DNA of 60,899 nucleotides from Candidatus Midichloria sp. (GTDB lineage Bacteria; Pseudomonadota; Alphaproteobacteria; Rickettsiales; Midichloriaceae): NCBI GenBank assembly GCA_030073355.1, contig JALDTH010000001.1, positions 1 to 60,899 of the forward strand, read 5' to 3'. Shown piece by piece: positions 9,791 to 20,720 of this stretch (position 1 is its first letter; each line of letters starts with the position of its first letter). The notes under the pieces were generated by a model. It saw only the letters and a program-made list of their open reading frames with translations, ran no database searches and was not told where the DNA came from. The position numbers and the translations under genes were made by a program.

Positions 9791-11140
9791 ATGTTTGATT
9801 ATTTAAGCAAAAATTTAGGTAAGATATTTGAGGCCCTGAAAAAAAAAGGTGTACTGACCGAAAGCGATATTAACATCGCTTTAAGGGAGATTAGAATAGC
9901 ATTAATTGAAGCAGATGTAGCACTTCCTGCAATCAAACATCTCATTGAGCAAATTAAAGTCAAAGCTCTTGGAACTGAAGTTCTATCAAGTATAACTCCT
10001 GGACAAATGATTATCAAAATTGTCCATGACGAACTGGTCTCAATGCTTCAAAGTGATAAGGCTGATTTAAAATTAAATTATACTACCCCTACCCCGATAG
10101 TTTTTGTAATGGTTGGCCTACAAGGGGCTGGAAAGACAACTACCGCGGCTAAACTAGCACTACACTTACGCCAAAAATATAAGAAGAAAGTTTTATTAGC
10201 TTCAACAGATACCAGAAGGCCTGCTGCTCAGAAGCAATTAGAAATTCTTGGCAAACAAATTAATATAGAAACTTTGCCCATAGTAGAAAAAGACACTGCT
10301 CTACAAATCACAAATAAAGCTTTATCGGCAGCAAAATTTGGTAACTATGACGTGTTAATTGTCGATACTGCAGGCCGATTAAGTATTGATGAAGAGTTAA
10401 TGCTTGAGTTGAATGCAATATGCAAAATAGCAGGACCACAAGAAATCTTATTAGTTGCGGATTGTATGATAGGACAAGACTCGGTAAATGTTGCTAAAGC
10501 ATTTAATGAGCAGGTAAGCCTATCTGGAATCATTCTAACAAAGACAGAAGGCGACGCACGAGGAGGAGCTACTCTTAGTATGAAATTTATTACCGGCTGC
10601 CCTATAAAACTCATAGGAGTTGGTGAAAAAGTAAATGATCTAGAAGAGTTTAAAGCTGAAAGTATTGCTTCTCGTATATTGAATATGGGAGATATCGTCT
10701 CTCTTGTTGAGAAGATGAAAGACATTGTCGATGCAAAAGAATCAGAGAAGTTAGCTAAAAAATTACAAAAGGGCAAGTTCGACATGAATGATCTATTAGC
10801 ACAGCTTAAGACCATGAAAAAGCTGGGTGGAGTAGGATCTTTAATAGGCATGATTCCAGGATTCGGTAAACTTAAAGCTAGTGCTGAACAGATCAAGCAA
10901 GGGGAAGAAATGTTTAAAAGACAAGAGGCCATAATATTTTCGATGACCGATTTTGAAAGACGCAATCCAAAATTTATCAATCCCTCTAGAAAAAACCGTA
11001 TTGCGAGAGGATCTGGAACCTCTATACAAGAGGTAAATAGGCTTCTCAAGCAGTACTTTGATATGAATAATATGATTAAAAAAATGAGTAATATAGATCC
11101 TAGTAACTTGAAAAGATTGGGCTCTAAATTCATGTACTAA
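9791..11140 (+). CDS. ffh: Signal recognition particle protein
   Basis: GLQGAGKTTT, DTAGRL, DARGG, SRILNMGD, RIARGSG M-domain. Confidence 0.97.
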   Translation: MFDYLSKNLGKIFEALKKKGVLTESDINIALREIRIALIEADVALPAIKHLIEQIKVKALGTEVLSSITPGQMIIKIVHDELVSMLQSDKADLKLNYTTPTPIVFVMVGLQGAGKTTTAAKLALHLRQKYKKKVLLASTDTRRPAAQKQLEILGKQINIETLPIVEKDTALQITNKALSAAKFGNYDVLIVDTAGRLSIDEELMLELNAICKIAGPQEILLVADCMIGQDSVNVAKAFNEQVSLSGIILTKTEGDARGGATLSMKFITGCPIKLIGVGEKVNDLEEFKAESIASRILNMGDIVSLVEKMKDIVDAKESEKLAKKLQKGKFDMNDLLAQLKTMKKLGGVGSLIGMIPGFGKLKASAEQIKQGEEMFKRQEAIIFSMTDFERRNPKFINPSRKNRIARGSGTSIQEVNRLLKQYFDMNNMIKKMSNIDPSNLKRLGSKFMY

Positions 11141-11145
11141 AAAAT

Positions 11146-11298
11146 ATGCTTAAAAAAGTATCAAGTAACAAAGAGACAAGCACAAAAACTGAGGAAAAGC
11201 AAAATTTAGCTCAAGCCTTAAGAGGTAATCTGCGTAGACGTAAAAAAGTAAAAAAACAAAACAATAATTCTTTAAGAGAAAATGATAAAAAACTTTAA
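11146..11298 (+). CDS. Small basic conserved alphaproteobacterial protein, 50 aa (below ORF-track cutoff)
   Basis: ATG at 11146, TAA at 11296..11298; contains LAQALRGNLRRRK; fills the ffh-bamE gap. Confidence 0.6.
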   Translation: MLKKVSSNKETSTKTEEKQNLAQALRGNLRRRKKVKKQNNNSLRENDKKL

Positions 11299-11740
11299 AA
11301 TCAGCGGAACTCTACTTATCCTATTAGTATGCACAGCCTGTACCAAAGATATACGATATTGCGGCTATAATCTTGATGAGGAAGTCATTAAGAAAATCGT
11401 TCCTATGCAGTCTACTCTTAATGAAGTCATAGAAAATTTAGGTAGTCCTACTACTGCTGCATTATATGGCGAGCCAAAATTTTTTTATATAAGTCATAAA
11501 TATAAGAGAAGATTATTTTTAAATCCAGAGCTAATAGATCAAAATATCTTAGAGATTTCTTTTACTCAAGGTGGTACTGTTACATCAATAAAACAGTACA
11601 GCTTTAGTGATGTAAAATCTTTTAGATTTGATGAAGCAAGCACTTATTTGCCTGGCAACAATATAGGTGTACTACAACAAATCATCGGTAATATTGGTAA
11701 ATACAATAACGCTGATGGAATAAGAAAAGCTGGCACCTGA
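11282..11740 (+). CDS. bamE: Outer membrane assembly lipoprotein BamE
   Basis: Lipobox (TAC), V...LGSP, FYIS and C-terminal QQIIGNIG typical of alphaproteobacterial BamE. Confidence 0.85.
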   Translation: MIKNFKISGTLLILLVCTACTKDIRYCGYNLDEEVIKKIVPMQSTLNEVIENLGSPTTAALYGEPKFFYISHKYKRRLFLNPELIDQNILEISFTQGGTVTSIKQYSFSDVKSFRFDEASTYLPGNNIGVLQQIIGNIGKYNNADGIRKAGT

Positions 11741-11741
11741 C

Positions 11742-12290
11742 GTGATAGTTCAGCTCTTAGGAAGTAGTAAAATATTATTAGAATCGTTTAATAAAAACAA
11801 AGTAATTCTATTTTTAGAAGAAATAACTTTTTTGGCCCAAGAAGATAATAGCTTTTATGAAGCAGCTGATTTATGGCTAACTGATGACAGAAATGTTAAC
11901 AACTGGGCAAATCTTATTACTCTTGGTATAGATATAGAACTTCCCTGCTCAATTTATGACTTAGTATCTCTAATTAAGAAAAAGTTATTCTTATCAAGAA
12001 GTTATAGAATACACGACATGGTATTTAAACCTACTTCTTTTTCCATATTTGAAGTTAATGGAAAATTAGTTTTGAAATTCACTGAGAAAGAATCAGCAAT
12101 AATTGAATATTTAATAAAAAGAGGACACGCAACTGAATTAGACTTATTAAATAATATTTGGAACTATTCTGAAGAAGTAAAAACATCAACAGTCGAAACT
12201 CATATTTATAGGTTAAAAAATAAACTCAGTTCTATTGGATTAAAAAACTTGATTTCTTTTTCAAATAAAAATTATGTTATTAATCTTTAA
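11742..12290 (+). CDS. OmpR-type winged-helix protein with degenerate receiver domain
   Basis: FTEKE, LL..IWNY, TSTVETHIYRLKNKL; N-terminal half lacks clear receiver motifs. Confidence 0.75.
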   Translation: MIVQLLGSSKILLESFNKNKVILFLEEITFLAQEDNSFYEAADLWLTDDRNVNNWANLITLGIDIELPCSIYDLVSLIKKKLFLSRSYRIHDMVFKPTSFSIFEVNGKLVLKFTEKESAIIEYLIKRGHATELDLLNNIWNYSEEVKTSTVETHIYRLKNKLSSIGLKNLISFSNKNYVINL

Positions 12291-12366
12291 TATTTAAATC
12301 TTGTATTTAATAAAGTATTGCATATATTTCTAAGACAAATAACTAATTAAAAAAGAGGTTTTTCCT

Positions 12367-12966
12367 ATGTTATTAATCGGTAAAGAGGCTCCGGACTTCA
12401 CCGCTGTTGCAGTAATGCCAGACAATTCAATTGTTGACCTTTTTAATTTAGCACGCCTCATTCATAATAAAAAAGCAGTACTGTTCTTTTATCCGCTAGA
12501 TTTTACTTTTGTTTGCCCTTCAGAGATCATAGCACTCGACAAACGCACTGCTGAATTTGAAAAAAGGGGTGCGACCGTAATGTTAGTCAGTATTGATTCT
12601 CATTTTACACACTTAGCTTATAAGAATACTCCAATAGAAAAAGGCGGTATTGGACAAATTAAACTCCCTATGGTTGCAGATTTAACAAAAAAAATCTCAA
12701 CTGAATACGGTGTATTGTCGAATGGTGGGGTTGCTTTTAGAGGTACCTTTATTATCGATCAACACCGAATTGTTAGACACCAATCCATCAATGATTTACC
12801 GCTTGGAAGGAATATTGATGAGATATTAAGGCTCATAGATGCACTAGAGCATTTTGAAAAATATGGTGAGGTTTGTCCAGCAAACTGGAAGCAGGGCGAT
12901 AATGCAATTACTCCAACCACCTCTGGCATAGAAGATTATTTAAAACAACATTCTTCTAAATTATAA
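12367..12966 (+). CDS. ahpC: 2-Cys peroxiredoxin (AhpC/TSA)
   Basis: FFYPLDFTFVCPSE and GEVCPANW. Confidence 0.93.
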   Translation: MLLIGKEAPDFTAVAVMPDNSIVDLFNLARLIHNKKAVLFFYPLDFTFVCPSEIIALDKRTAEFEKRGATVMLVSIDSHFTHLAYKNTPIEKGGIGQIKLPMVADLTKKISTEYGVLSNGGVAFRGTFIIDQHRIVRHQSINDLPLGRNIDEILRLIDALEHFEKYGEVCPANWKQGDNAITPTTSGIEDYLKQHSSKL

Positions 12967-12995
12967 TTTAAATTTCTGGGGTTAGACGTGATTTT

Positions 12996-13922
12996 ATGCA
13001 TACAAAAATCTTAATTATAGGTTCTGGCCCCGCTGGCTACTCTGCAGCTATCTATGCAGCACGCGCTGCTTTAAAACCAATTTTAATTGCAGGACAGCAG
13101 CCTGGTGGCCAACTTACTATCACAACAGACGTTGAGAATTATCCTGGTTTTGCTGAAGCGATTCAAGGTCCATGGCTTATGGAGCAAATGAAAAAACAGG
13201 CTAAATCTGTTGGAGTAGAAATTATTGATGACTATATAACCAATATAGCTTTAAAAAGCCACCCTTTTTCAGCAGTGGGTGAAGACGGTGCTATATACAC
13301 TGCAGAATCAGTGATAATCTCAACCGGAGCCCAAGCTAAATGGCTTGGGCTTCCAAGCGAAGAAAAATTTCAAGGATTTGGAGTCTCTGGGTGTGCCACC
13401 TGCGACGGATTTTTCTATAAGAATAAGAAAGTCATAGTAGTAGGAGGCGGCAATTCTGCAGTTGAAGAGGCTCTATATCTTACTCACCATGCAGCTGAGG
13501 TTATTCTGGTTCATCGCCGCGATACTCTAAGAGCTGAAAAAATTTCTCAAGATAGGCTATTTAACAACCCCAAAATTACAGTAATTTGTAATACTGTAAT
13601 TGAGGAAGTATTAGGAACTGAGGAGCCTCTTAGCGTAACTGGCGTAAGATTAAGAGATATTTCAACCAATAAGGAATATACTATGGATATCGATGGAGTT
13701 TTTATAGCGATAGGACACAAGCCTAATACAGCATTATTTGCCGGCCAATTAGATCTAGACGAAGATATGTATATTATTACAAAAAAAGGGACTACGCTAA
13801 CTAGTATCCCTGGTATTTTTGCGGCTGGAGATGTGCAAGATAAAATTTATAGGCAAGCTGTGACTGCAGCAGGCACTGGTTGTATGGCTGCATTGGATGC
13901 GCTTAAATACTTGCAGAAATAG
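12996..13922 (+). CDS. trxB: Thioredoxin reductase
   Basis: GSGPAG, CATCDGF, GGGNSAVEEA, YRQAVTAAG. Confidence 0.97.
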   Translation: MHTKILIIGSGPAGYSAAIYAARAALKPILIAGQQPGGQLTITTDVENYPGFAEAIQGPWLMEQMKKQAKSVGVEIIDDYITNIALKSHPFSAVGEDGAIYTAESVIISTGAQAKWLGLPSEEKFQGFGVSGCATCDGFFYKNKKVIVVGGGNSAVEEALYLTHHAAEVILVHRRDTLRAEKISQDRLFNNPKITVICNTVIEEVLGTEEPLSVTGVRLRDISTNKEYTMDIDGVFIAIGHKPNTALFAGQLDLDEDMYIITKKGTTLTSIPGIFAAGDVQDKIYRQAVTAAGTGCMAALDALKYLQK

Positions 13923-13992
13923 CCTTTACTGCTTCACTGCAGATTCTTAGAGAAGGTAGAAAAGGTTATCAAGTTCATAACTAAGAAGGAGG

Positions 13993-14410
13993 GTATGCTC
14001 CATTCTAAGACCTCTCTGTGCAGCGGCAATTGGCATACTCATGGAGCTTTGAACGCGCAAAGCCTGCCTGAAGTCCACCAATTATTCTAGATACTTCCAG
14101 AATTCGGTATCGTATCGCCTTAGCTACAAGCATCTCTCTAGAGAGTTAATAAGCCCCTAGCCAAATATTGAGTTATGGGCTGGCTGCTAAAAGCTCGTTT
14201 GCTTTTAACATAGTCCGCTTTGCAAACTTAGCCTGCCAAGTAGCAGAAGACAATCCAGGTTTCAGTACAAATTCGCTTTATGGTTGAATCTCTCTTTAAG
14301 GCCAAGATTTTTTAGCGCCTGGCGCTTCTAACCCCGCGAGCATGTTAATTGCCGCTGCGCATGAGAGATCTTAGAATAAGCCCATACAATTCCTCAATTA
14401 CAGAAGTATA
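13993..14410. repeat. Degenerate MITE-like element with long imperfect inverted arms
   Basis: Reverse complement of 14002..14031 (AATTGCCGCTGCACAGAGAGGTCTTAGAAT) matches 14347..14377 (AATTGCCGCTGCGCATGAGAGATCTTAGAAT) with 2 mismatches and 1 indel; weaker similarity continues on both sides. Confidence 0.65.
14189..14280. repeat. Degenerate copy of the palindromic element at 38407..38494
   Basis: AAAAGCTCGTTTGC...CTTTGCAA...ACAAATTCGCTTTA parallels AAAGGCTAGTTTGC...CTTTGCAAG...GCAAACTCGCTTTA. Confidence 0.5.
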
Positions 14411-14515
14411 TAGCCCCAGGTACCTTCATTTGGACATAGGGAAAAAATGAGCGACCGAGCAAGCTATTCACCTGAGTTGTGGATAAAAACAGTTAAAAGA
14501 AGCAGAAAGTGTGCC

Positions 14516-14541
14516 ATGCTTTTCTGTTGCAAACTCGCTTT
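14516..14541 (+). repeat. Right arm of palindromic element (partial copy)
   Basis: ATGCTTTTCTGTTGCAAACTCGCTTT, 25/26 identical to 38469..38494. Confidence 0.8.
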
Positions 14542-14633
14542 GGTGCAATTAAGTTAAATGAGTATAATATCAGCGTCCAAATTTTCATTGGGTATGTCTC
14601 TTTTGCAACTATAGGCTTTAGAGTAAGCTCAGC

Positions 14634-14660
14634 CAATTCTTCAAGTCAAAGAGGTATACT
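14634..14660 (+). repeat. Repeat terminus shared with 49797..49823 (RPE-like end)
   Basis: CAATTCTTCAAGTCAAAGAGGTATACT, 26/27 identical to 49797..49823; weaker copy at 14387..14410. Confidence 0.8.
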
Positions 14661-14750
14661 GCAAAGAACTTCTTATGTATAGACAAAAGCTCATCAAACA
14701 GAGGACTGAGCTCGCCTCTTTCAAGTACAATTGAAGCCTTTTGTGTAACT

Positions 14751-14786
14751 TTAATTATATATGTATAGTTAATTATATATGTATAG
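14751..14786 (+). repeat. 18-bp tandem duplication spanning the lpdA stop codon
   Basis: TTAATTATATATGTATAG x2. Confidence 0.9.
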
Positions 14787-16174
14787 CTGCGGCAAAAGCT
14801 GCTAAAGAAGCCTCCTTAATTGCTTCACTATATCCAGGATGAGCATGGCTAGTTCTAGCAATATCTTCAAGCTGCTGCTTTAAAAATTCTATACCAACGC
14901 ATATCTCTCTTATTAATCTCCAGCATTAATTCCAATGATATGCACGCCTAGGATCATATCATCTGATTTGGAGGTAATAATTTTGACAAATCCCTCGCTT
15001 TCACCACTAGTTTTAGCTCGGCTGTTAGCTAAAAATGGGAACTTAACAACTTTATAATCTATACCTTCAGCTTTGATTTGGTCTTCAGTTTTACCGACAT
15101 AAGCAACCTCAGGGTGAGTATAGATAACGTATGGTATGGCATTATAATTAACATGGCCATGCTGATCTGCAATGATTTCAGCAACTGCGATACCTTCTTC
15201 TTCAGCTTTATGAGCAAGCATTGGGCCCTCGATTACATCACCTATAGCATAAATATTGTTTATAGAGGTGAGGTAATTATTATTTACTTCAATTCTTGCT
15301 TTAGCATCAAGTTTCAGGCCAATATTTTCTAAATTTAAGCCAACCATATAAGGTTTTCTTCCAATTGCCACAAGTAAAATTCAGCCTCAATACTTTCTTT
15401 ATTAGCATCAGCTTTTTCAATTTCTAAGGAGATCCCAGAAGTGGTTTTGGTAGCTTTAATGCTTTGGTTTGTAAAATAAATTTGAGACCTTGCTTCTCTA
15501 GTATCTTTTGCATTTCCTTTGAAATATCAGCATCAGCAGTAGCCAAGATTTTATCTGCATACTCTACAATAGTAACTTCAGATCCAAGCCTAGACCAAAC
15601 AGAAGCCATTTCGAGCCAAATGACCCCAGCTCCTAAAACGATCATTTTTTTAGGAGTGGTTTTTAAGGCCAGGGCCCATGTTGAAGAGACGATTTTTTCT
15701 TCATCTATACTAATGCTTGGTAAGCTAATATGTTCAGAGCCAGTTGCTATTACAAAGTTTTGAGCTCTAATGTTTTCAGTATTTCCGTCCTTCTGCTTAA
15801 TTTTTACTGTATTTTGATCTATAAAACTTGCAAAACCGTTGATATAAGAGATTTTATTTTTTCTAAAAAGTCCTTCTATCCCTTTTCCTAAGTAATTTAC
15901 TACTTTTTCCTTACGGGCTTGCATTTTTTCTAGAGAAAAACTTAGCTCTTTGAATTCAATCCCATACTCAGCAAAATGCTTACTTGCTTCAAAATATTTG
16001 TGTGAGGAGTGAAGTAAAGTTTTGGAAGGTATACATCCAACATTTAAGCAAGTTCCGCCTAATCTTTCTCGCATCTCAATATAGGCCACTTTTTTACTAA
16101 GTTGAGCGGCTTTTATTGCACAAACATAGCCAACCAGGGCCGCCACCAATTACTACTACATCAAATTCTTGCAT
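14773..16174 (-). pseudogene. lpdA: Dihydrolipoamide dehydrogenase (E3), frameshifted
   Basis: ATG at 16174 gives MQEFDVVVIGGGPG then a frameshift; GGTCLNVGCIPSK, MLAHKAEEEG and terminal EDIARTSHAHPGYSEAIKEA...IHI* lie in separate fragments. Confidence 0.95.
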
Positions 16175-16175
16175 T

Positions 16176-16490
16176 TTAATTACCTACTGCTTTAATAAAT
16201 ATCCTTTTTACTTTTATTGTTTTTTCATAGTCACAACTTGCACATCTATATTCTTCAAGATGCACTTCGCTTCCGTATTGAAATTGTATAGTGAATAGCT
16301 TGATTCTAATATCATTTTTTTTGCTAATGATATCATCTTCAGAGCATTCATAAACCCAATTTTTACCGCATTTAGGGCATCTATATAGTTTAAGAAAAAA
16401 TAGAAATAGTAATAAGAAACTTGTTATGATACTGCCTGTAATTAGGCTGAAATAAGTCTTAAACGAATCTAGGCTGATAAAACTATACAT
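16176..16490 (-). CDS. Small membrane-anchored zinc-ribbon-like hypothetical protein
   Basis: Hydrophobic helix then CPKC and CASC pairs; a frameshifted upstream hydrophobic extension from about 16581 suggests partial decay. Confidence 0.55.
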   Translation of the reverse strand: MYSFISLDSFKTYFSLITGSIITSFLLLFLFFLKLYRCPKCGKNWVYECSEDDIISKKNDIRIKLFTIQFQYGSEVHLEEYRCASCDYEKTIKVKRIFIKAVGN

Positions 16491-16594
16491 AGTTGCAGAT
16501 TTTTAATATAATGACTGGCACTAAAGTTCCGATAAATAATGATGCTAGCAAAGATCTTTTGAAAAAAGAGTGTTTCAACATGACGTTTTTAAGG

Positions 16595-17758
16595 CTAAAT
16601 ATCAAATAATAACCTCTCAGGGTTTTCTATCATCTCTTTGATTCGGAATAAGAATGTCACTGCTTCTTTGCCATCAATAATTCGGTGGTCGTATCAATAT
16701 ACATTATAGGGCGAATGACTATCTGACCTTTAACAACATAAGGATGTTCAACAATATTGTGCATACCAAGAATTGCTGACTGAGGTGGATTAATTATTGG
16801 AGTCGAAAGCATGGAGCCATACATACCACCGTTGGTGATACTAAATGTACCGCTGCTCATATCGGCTATACTCAATTTACCTTCTTTAGCTTTTTGCTCC
16901 AAATTAGCGATAGTTTTTTCTATCTCGGCAAAGGATAATGAATCCGCGTCTTTCACAATGGGTACTACTAGACCATTTTCAGTGCCAACAGCCACTCCAA
17001 TATCGTAGTAATTTTTATATATAATATCGTCGCCATTAATTTCTGCATTAACCACGGGTATTTCTTTCAAGGCCTGGATTGCAGCTTTGACAAAAAAGGA
17101 CATAAACCACAATTTTACGCTATGCTTTTTTTGAAATTTTTCCTGATAAGTTTGACGCACTTGTATGATCGCTGACATATCAACTTCATTAAAAGTAGTT
17201 AAAATAGCAGGTATTCTGGGAATCCTTTAATCTTGCAGCGATAGTTTTTCTTAGCCTACTCATTTTAACTCGAGTTTCGCGGGCGCTATTATCAGTAGAA
17301 GCAGTGAGAGTAGATGAGGCAGGATGCTGCATCACGTCTCCTTTAGTAATTCTTCCATCTTTACCGGTACCAGATATTGAGGAGAGGTCAACTCTATTAT
17401 CTGCAGCAATCTTTGTTGCTGCAGGAGAAGCAGTAGGAGACTTTTCTGCTTTACTAAGAGCTTCAGAGGTGGTCATAGAAGAAGGTTTCTGTTCGGATAC
17501 AGGAGGCGTACTTGCAACTGCTTTTTCATCAATTACGCCTAATACTTGGTTAACTTTAACTGTCGCACCGTCTACAGCTAAAATTTCTGATATGACGCCT
17601 GCTGAGGGAGCTGTAACCTCTAATGTTACCTTGTCGGTCTCAAGTTCTAATAATATCTCGTCAACCTTAACTGCTTCACCGTTTTTTTTGCACCACTTGA
17701 GTACAGTTACTTCTGTAACCGATTCTCCAAGTGGTGGTACTACTATATTCACGCTCAT
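16595..17758 (-). pseudogene. sucB: 2-oxoglutarate dehydrogenase E2, frameshifted
   Basis: Lipoyl [33 protein letters not shown]; the catalytic DHRIIDG is out of frame after a small deletion; original stop at 16595..16597. Confidence 0.95.
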
Positions 17759-17770
17759 TTTTTCTCCTTT

Positions 17771-20564
17771 TTAACTTAAAGCTTTTGTAATAAAATTATC
17801 TAATTCTTTGATATGCAATTTCATATAACCAGCAGCTGTTGAGGCTGATTCAGCCCTTCCAGCATATAACAGCTCTTTCATATTAACATCAATTTCTTTT
17901 AAGATTTTCTCTATTCTATACTTCGCAAATAAATAAGATCCGCAATTTTCATGCTCTTCTTGGCACCATATAAATTTTGCATTTGGATGGTTAGATAATG
18001 ATTCTTTTAATTCTTTTGCTGGGAAAGGGTAAAGTTGCTCTAACCTTATAATGGCAGTGTCTTTTATGCCAAGGGCTGCCCTTTTTTCAAATAAATCATA
18101 GTAAACTTTACCGCTACATATGATAACTTTTTTAGCATCAGCATTTGTTTCTTTGTCTTCCAATAGAGGATGGAATTTTGTATTAAGATCAATTTCATCA
18201 AAGCCAGAAACTGCTAATTTATGACGTAATAAAGGTTTTGGGGTCATAACAATTAGAGGCTTTCTGTAATTACGGTGCATTTGTCTTCGTAGTACATGGA
18301 AGAATGAAGCAGGAGTAGTACAATCGACTACTTGAATGTTATCTTCGGCAGCTAGTTGTAAAAATCTTTCAAGGCGCGCTGAACTGTGTTCAGGACCTTG
18401 GCCTTCATAGCCATGTGGTAATAACCAATCCGTTAGCCCTTAACCACTTAGCTTCGCCTGCTGCAATGAACTGATCAATAACAACTTGTGCTCCATTTGC
18501 AAAATCACCAAACTGTGCTTCCCATATGACTAAAGTCTTCGGAGAGGAGAAGCTATAACCATATTCAAATGCCAAAGCTGCAAGTTCAGAAAGGTTGCTG
18601 TTATTTATTTCTAACTTGGCTTTTTGGTTAGAATCTAAATTATTTAGAGGTATGTATCTGGATTCATTAACTTGGTCAGTAAGTACTGCATGCCTATGCG
18701 AGAATGTACCTCTTTCACAATCTTGGCCTGTAATTCGTATATTAAAGCCCTCCATTAATAGGGTAGCATAAGCTAAAGATTCGCCCATAGCCCAATCAAG
18801 ATCAGCTCCTTTTTCCATAATTTGAATTTTTGCCTGAAATTGCCTAGCTATTTTAGAGTTTAAGTTAAAAGAAGAAGGAATTATTGCTAATTTTTTACCT
18901 AGATCTATTAAAGTATTTTTTTCTACTCCGGTTGGAGATGCGGTTTTTTCGTCAAGAGGCTGTAAGGTTTTCCATATACCTTTAAACTAATCTGCTATGA
19001 CTTAGAGATTTCTAGCTCTGAGTTTAAAAATTCTTTGAATTCATCAAGCATTTTTTGATATTCAGGCGCTGTAATTACATTTTGTGTGATCAATACTTCT
19101 GCATATAAGTCAGCAGGATTCTTGTGTTTATCTATAGTCTGATACATTAGGGGCTGAGTAAACATAGGTTCGTCGCCTTCGTTATGACCATATTTTCTAT
19201 AGCAAACTATATCTAAAAATACATCTTGATTAAATTTCAAACGGTATTCAGCAGCTAGTTGCGCCGCTCTAATAACTGCATCAATATCATCACCATTTAC
19301 ATGTAAAATAGGAGCATTGATTGCTTTTGCTATATCGGTACAGTACCTACCAAACCTATCTGCAGAAACATTAGTAGTAAAGCCGATTTGGTTATTGATT
19401 ACCAAGTGAAATACACCTCCTATTTTTATAGGCCTCGAGCTGGCTGGACATCAATGACTCAGCCACGCTTCCTTGACCTGCAAGTGCAGCATCACCATGC
19501 ATCAGGAAAGCTAGTACTTTTTGGCAAGTTTGATCTCCTTTATAATCTTGTTTTGCTCTGACGCGTCCCAGTACTACTGAATTTACGGCTTCTAGGTGAG
19601 AAGGATTCGGTGTTAGTGATAAATGTATTTTTTTACCTTTAATTTCTCTATCCATTGAAGCCCCGAGATGGTATTTTACATCGCCTGGCATATCTAAATC
19701 TTCTGGAAATGCAAGTACTCCAGCAAATTCAGAAAGGAGAGCATGGTAAGGCTTTCCGAGAATTTTAGTTAAGACATTTAATCTACCTCTATGTGCCATA
19801 CCGATCACTATTTCTTCGATATTTGCAGCACTGAAAAGTTTAATAGCTACTTCCATCACAACAATTGCTGCTTCTCCGCCTTCTATAGAGAATCTCTTGG
19901 TGCCTGGAAATTTAGTGTGTAGAAAGTTTTCAAAATAAGTGACTTCTAATAGATGTTTTAGGATCTGCTTTTTGAACTCATTTTGAATCTGCTGATTGAG
20001 TGAAGTTTGTTCTAGTTGTCGACAAATCCACGACTTTTCTTCATGATTCTCTATATAAGATAGTTCAATACCAATCTTGTTAGCATAAGTTGATTTAGCT
20101 TTTTCCAAAGCTTCTGCCAAAGATACTGTTCCTAAATTTAAAATCTTTCCGAAATCAAATTGTTTAGCAAGGTCAGCTTGAGAAAGACCATGATTTTCTA
20201 GGGTCAAAAGTGGGTGAGAATTAGGTCTAGTCAAGTTTAAAGGATCAAGGTTAATTGCAGTATGACCATAATTTATATAAGCGCTAATTAAAGATATGGC
20301 GGCTGAGGTTAGATCATTATTTGTAGCTTTAGCTGCAGGAGAGAGAGCAGAAGATTTTACCGGATGAAATATAGATGAATCTTTGGGAGTTTTTGCAGCA
20401 ATATTGTTGAGTAAATTCTTAGATTAATCTTGAAATGCTTTAAAGTAATCTTGCCAAGACGAATCGACGCTGTTTGGATTTTCTAAGTATTGCTTATATA
20501 AAGATTCAATAAAAGTTGCATTACTTCCAAACAAATAAGAGTTAGACTGAAGTGCATTACTCAT
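17771..20564 (-). pseudogene. sucA: 2-oxoglutarate dehydrogenase E1, multiple stops and frameshifts
   Basis: ATG at 20564 gives MSNALQSNSYLFGSNATFIE...QD* ; fragments carry KRFSIEG, GMAHRGRLN, GHNEGDEP, RGTFSHRH and WEAQFGDF. Confidence 0.96.
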
Positions 20565-20720
20565 TTTAAAACGCCTTTAATTCTTAAAAATTCTAATTAA
20601 TTATAATCTATAATCTAGCTATATATAAAATTTATATAACCAAAACTCAAGCCTAATCCTTCCGGATTATGAAGATTCCATTGTTGGATAGAATACCAAA
20701 CTAATATTTAAAAAAATAAT

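Noticed and set aside
10345-11133. 262-aa antisense ORF inside ffh and other short antisense ORFs in the track
   Set aside because: Shadow frames of conserved genes with no recognisable motifs.
379-14486. Perfect DnaA boxes TGTGGATAA at 379..387 and 14478..14486
   Set aside because: Isolated single 9-mers are expected by chance in AT-rich DNA; there is no cluster.
13923-14760. CRISPR array or tRNA in the long intergenic region
   Set aside because: No regularly spaced identical repeats, no cas genes and no cloverleaf or T-loop motif; none seen elsewhere in the window either.
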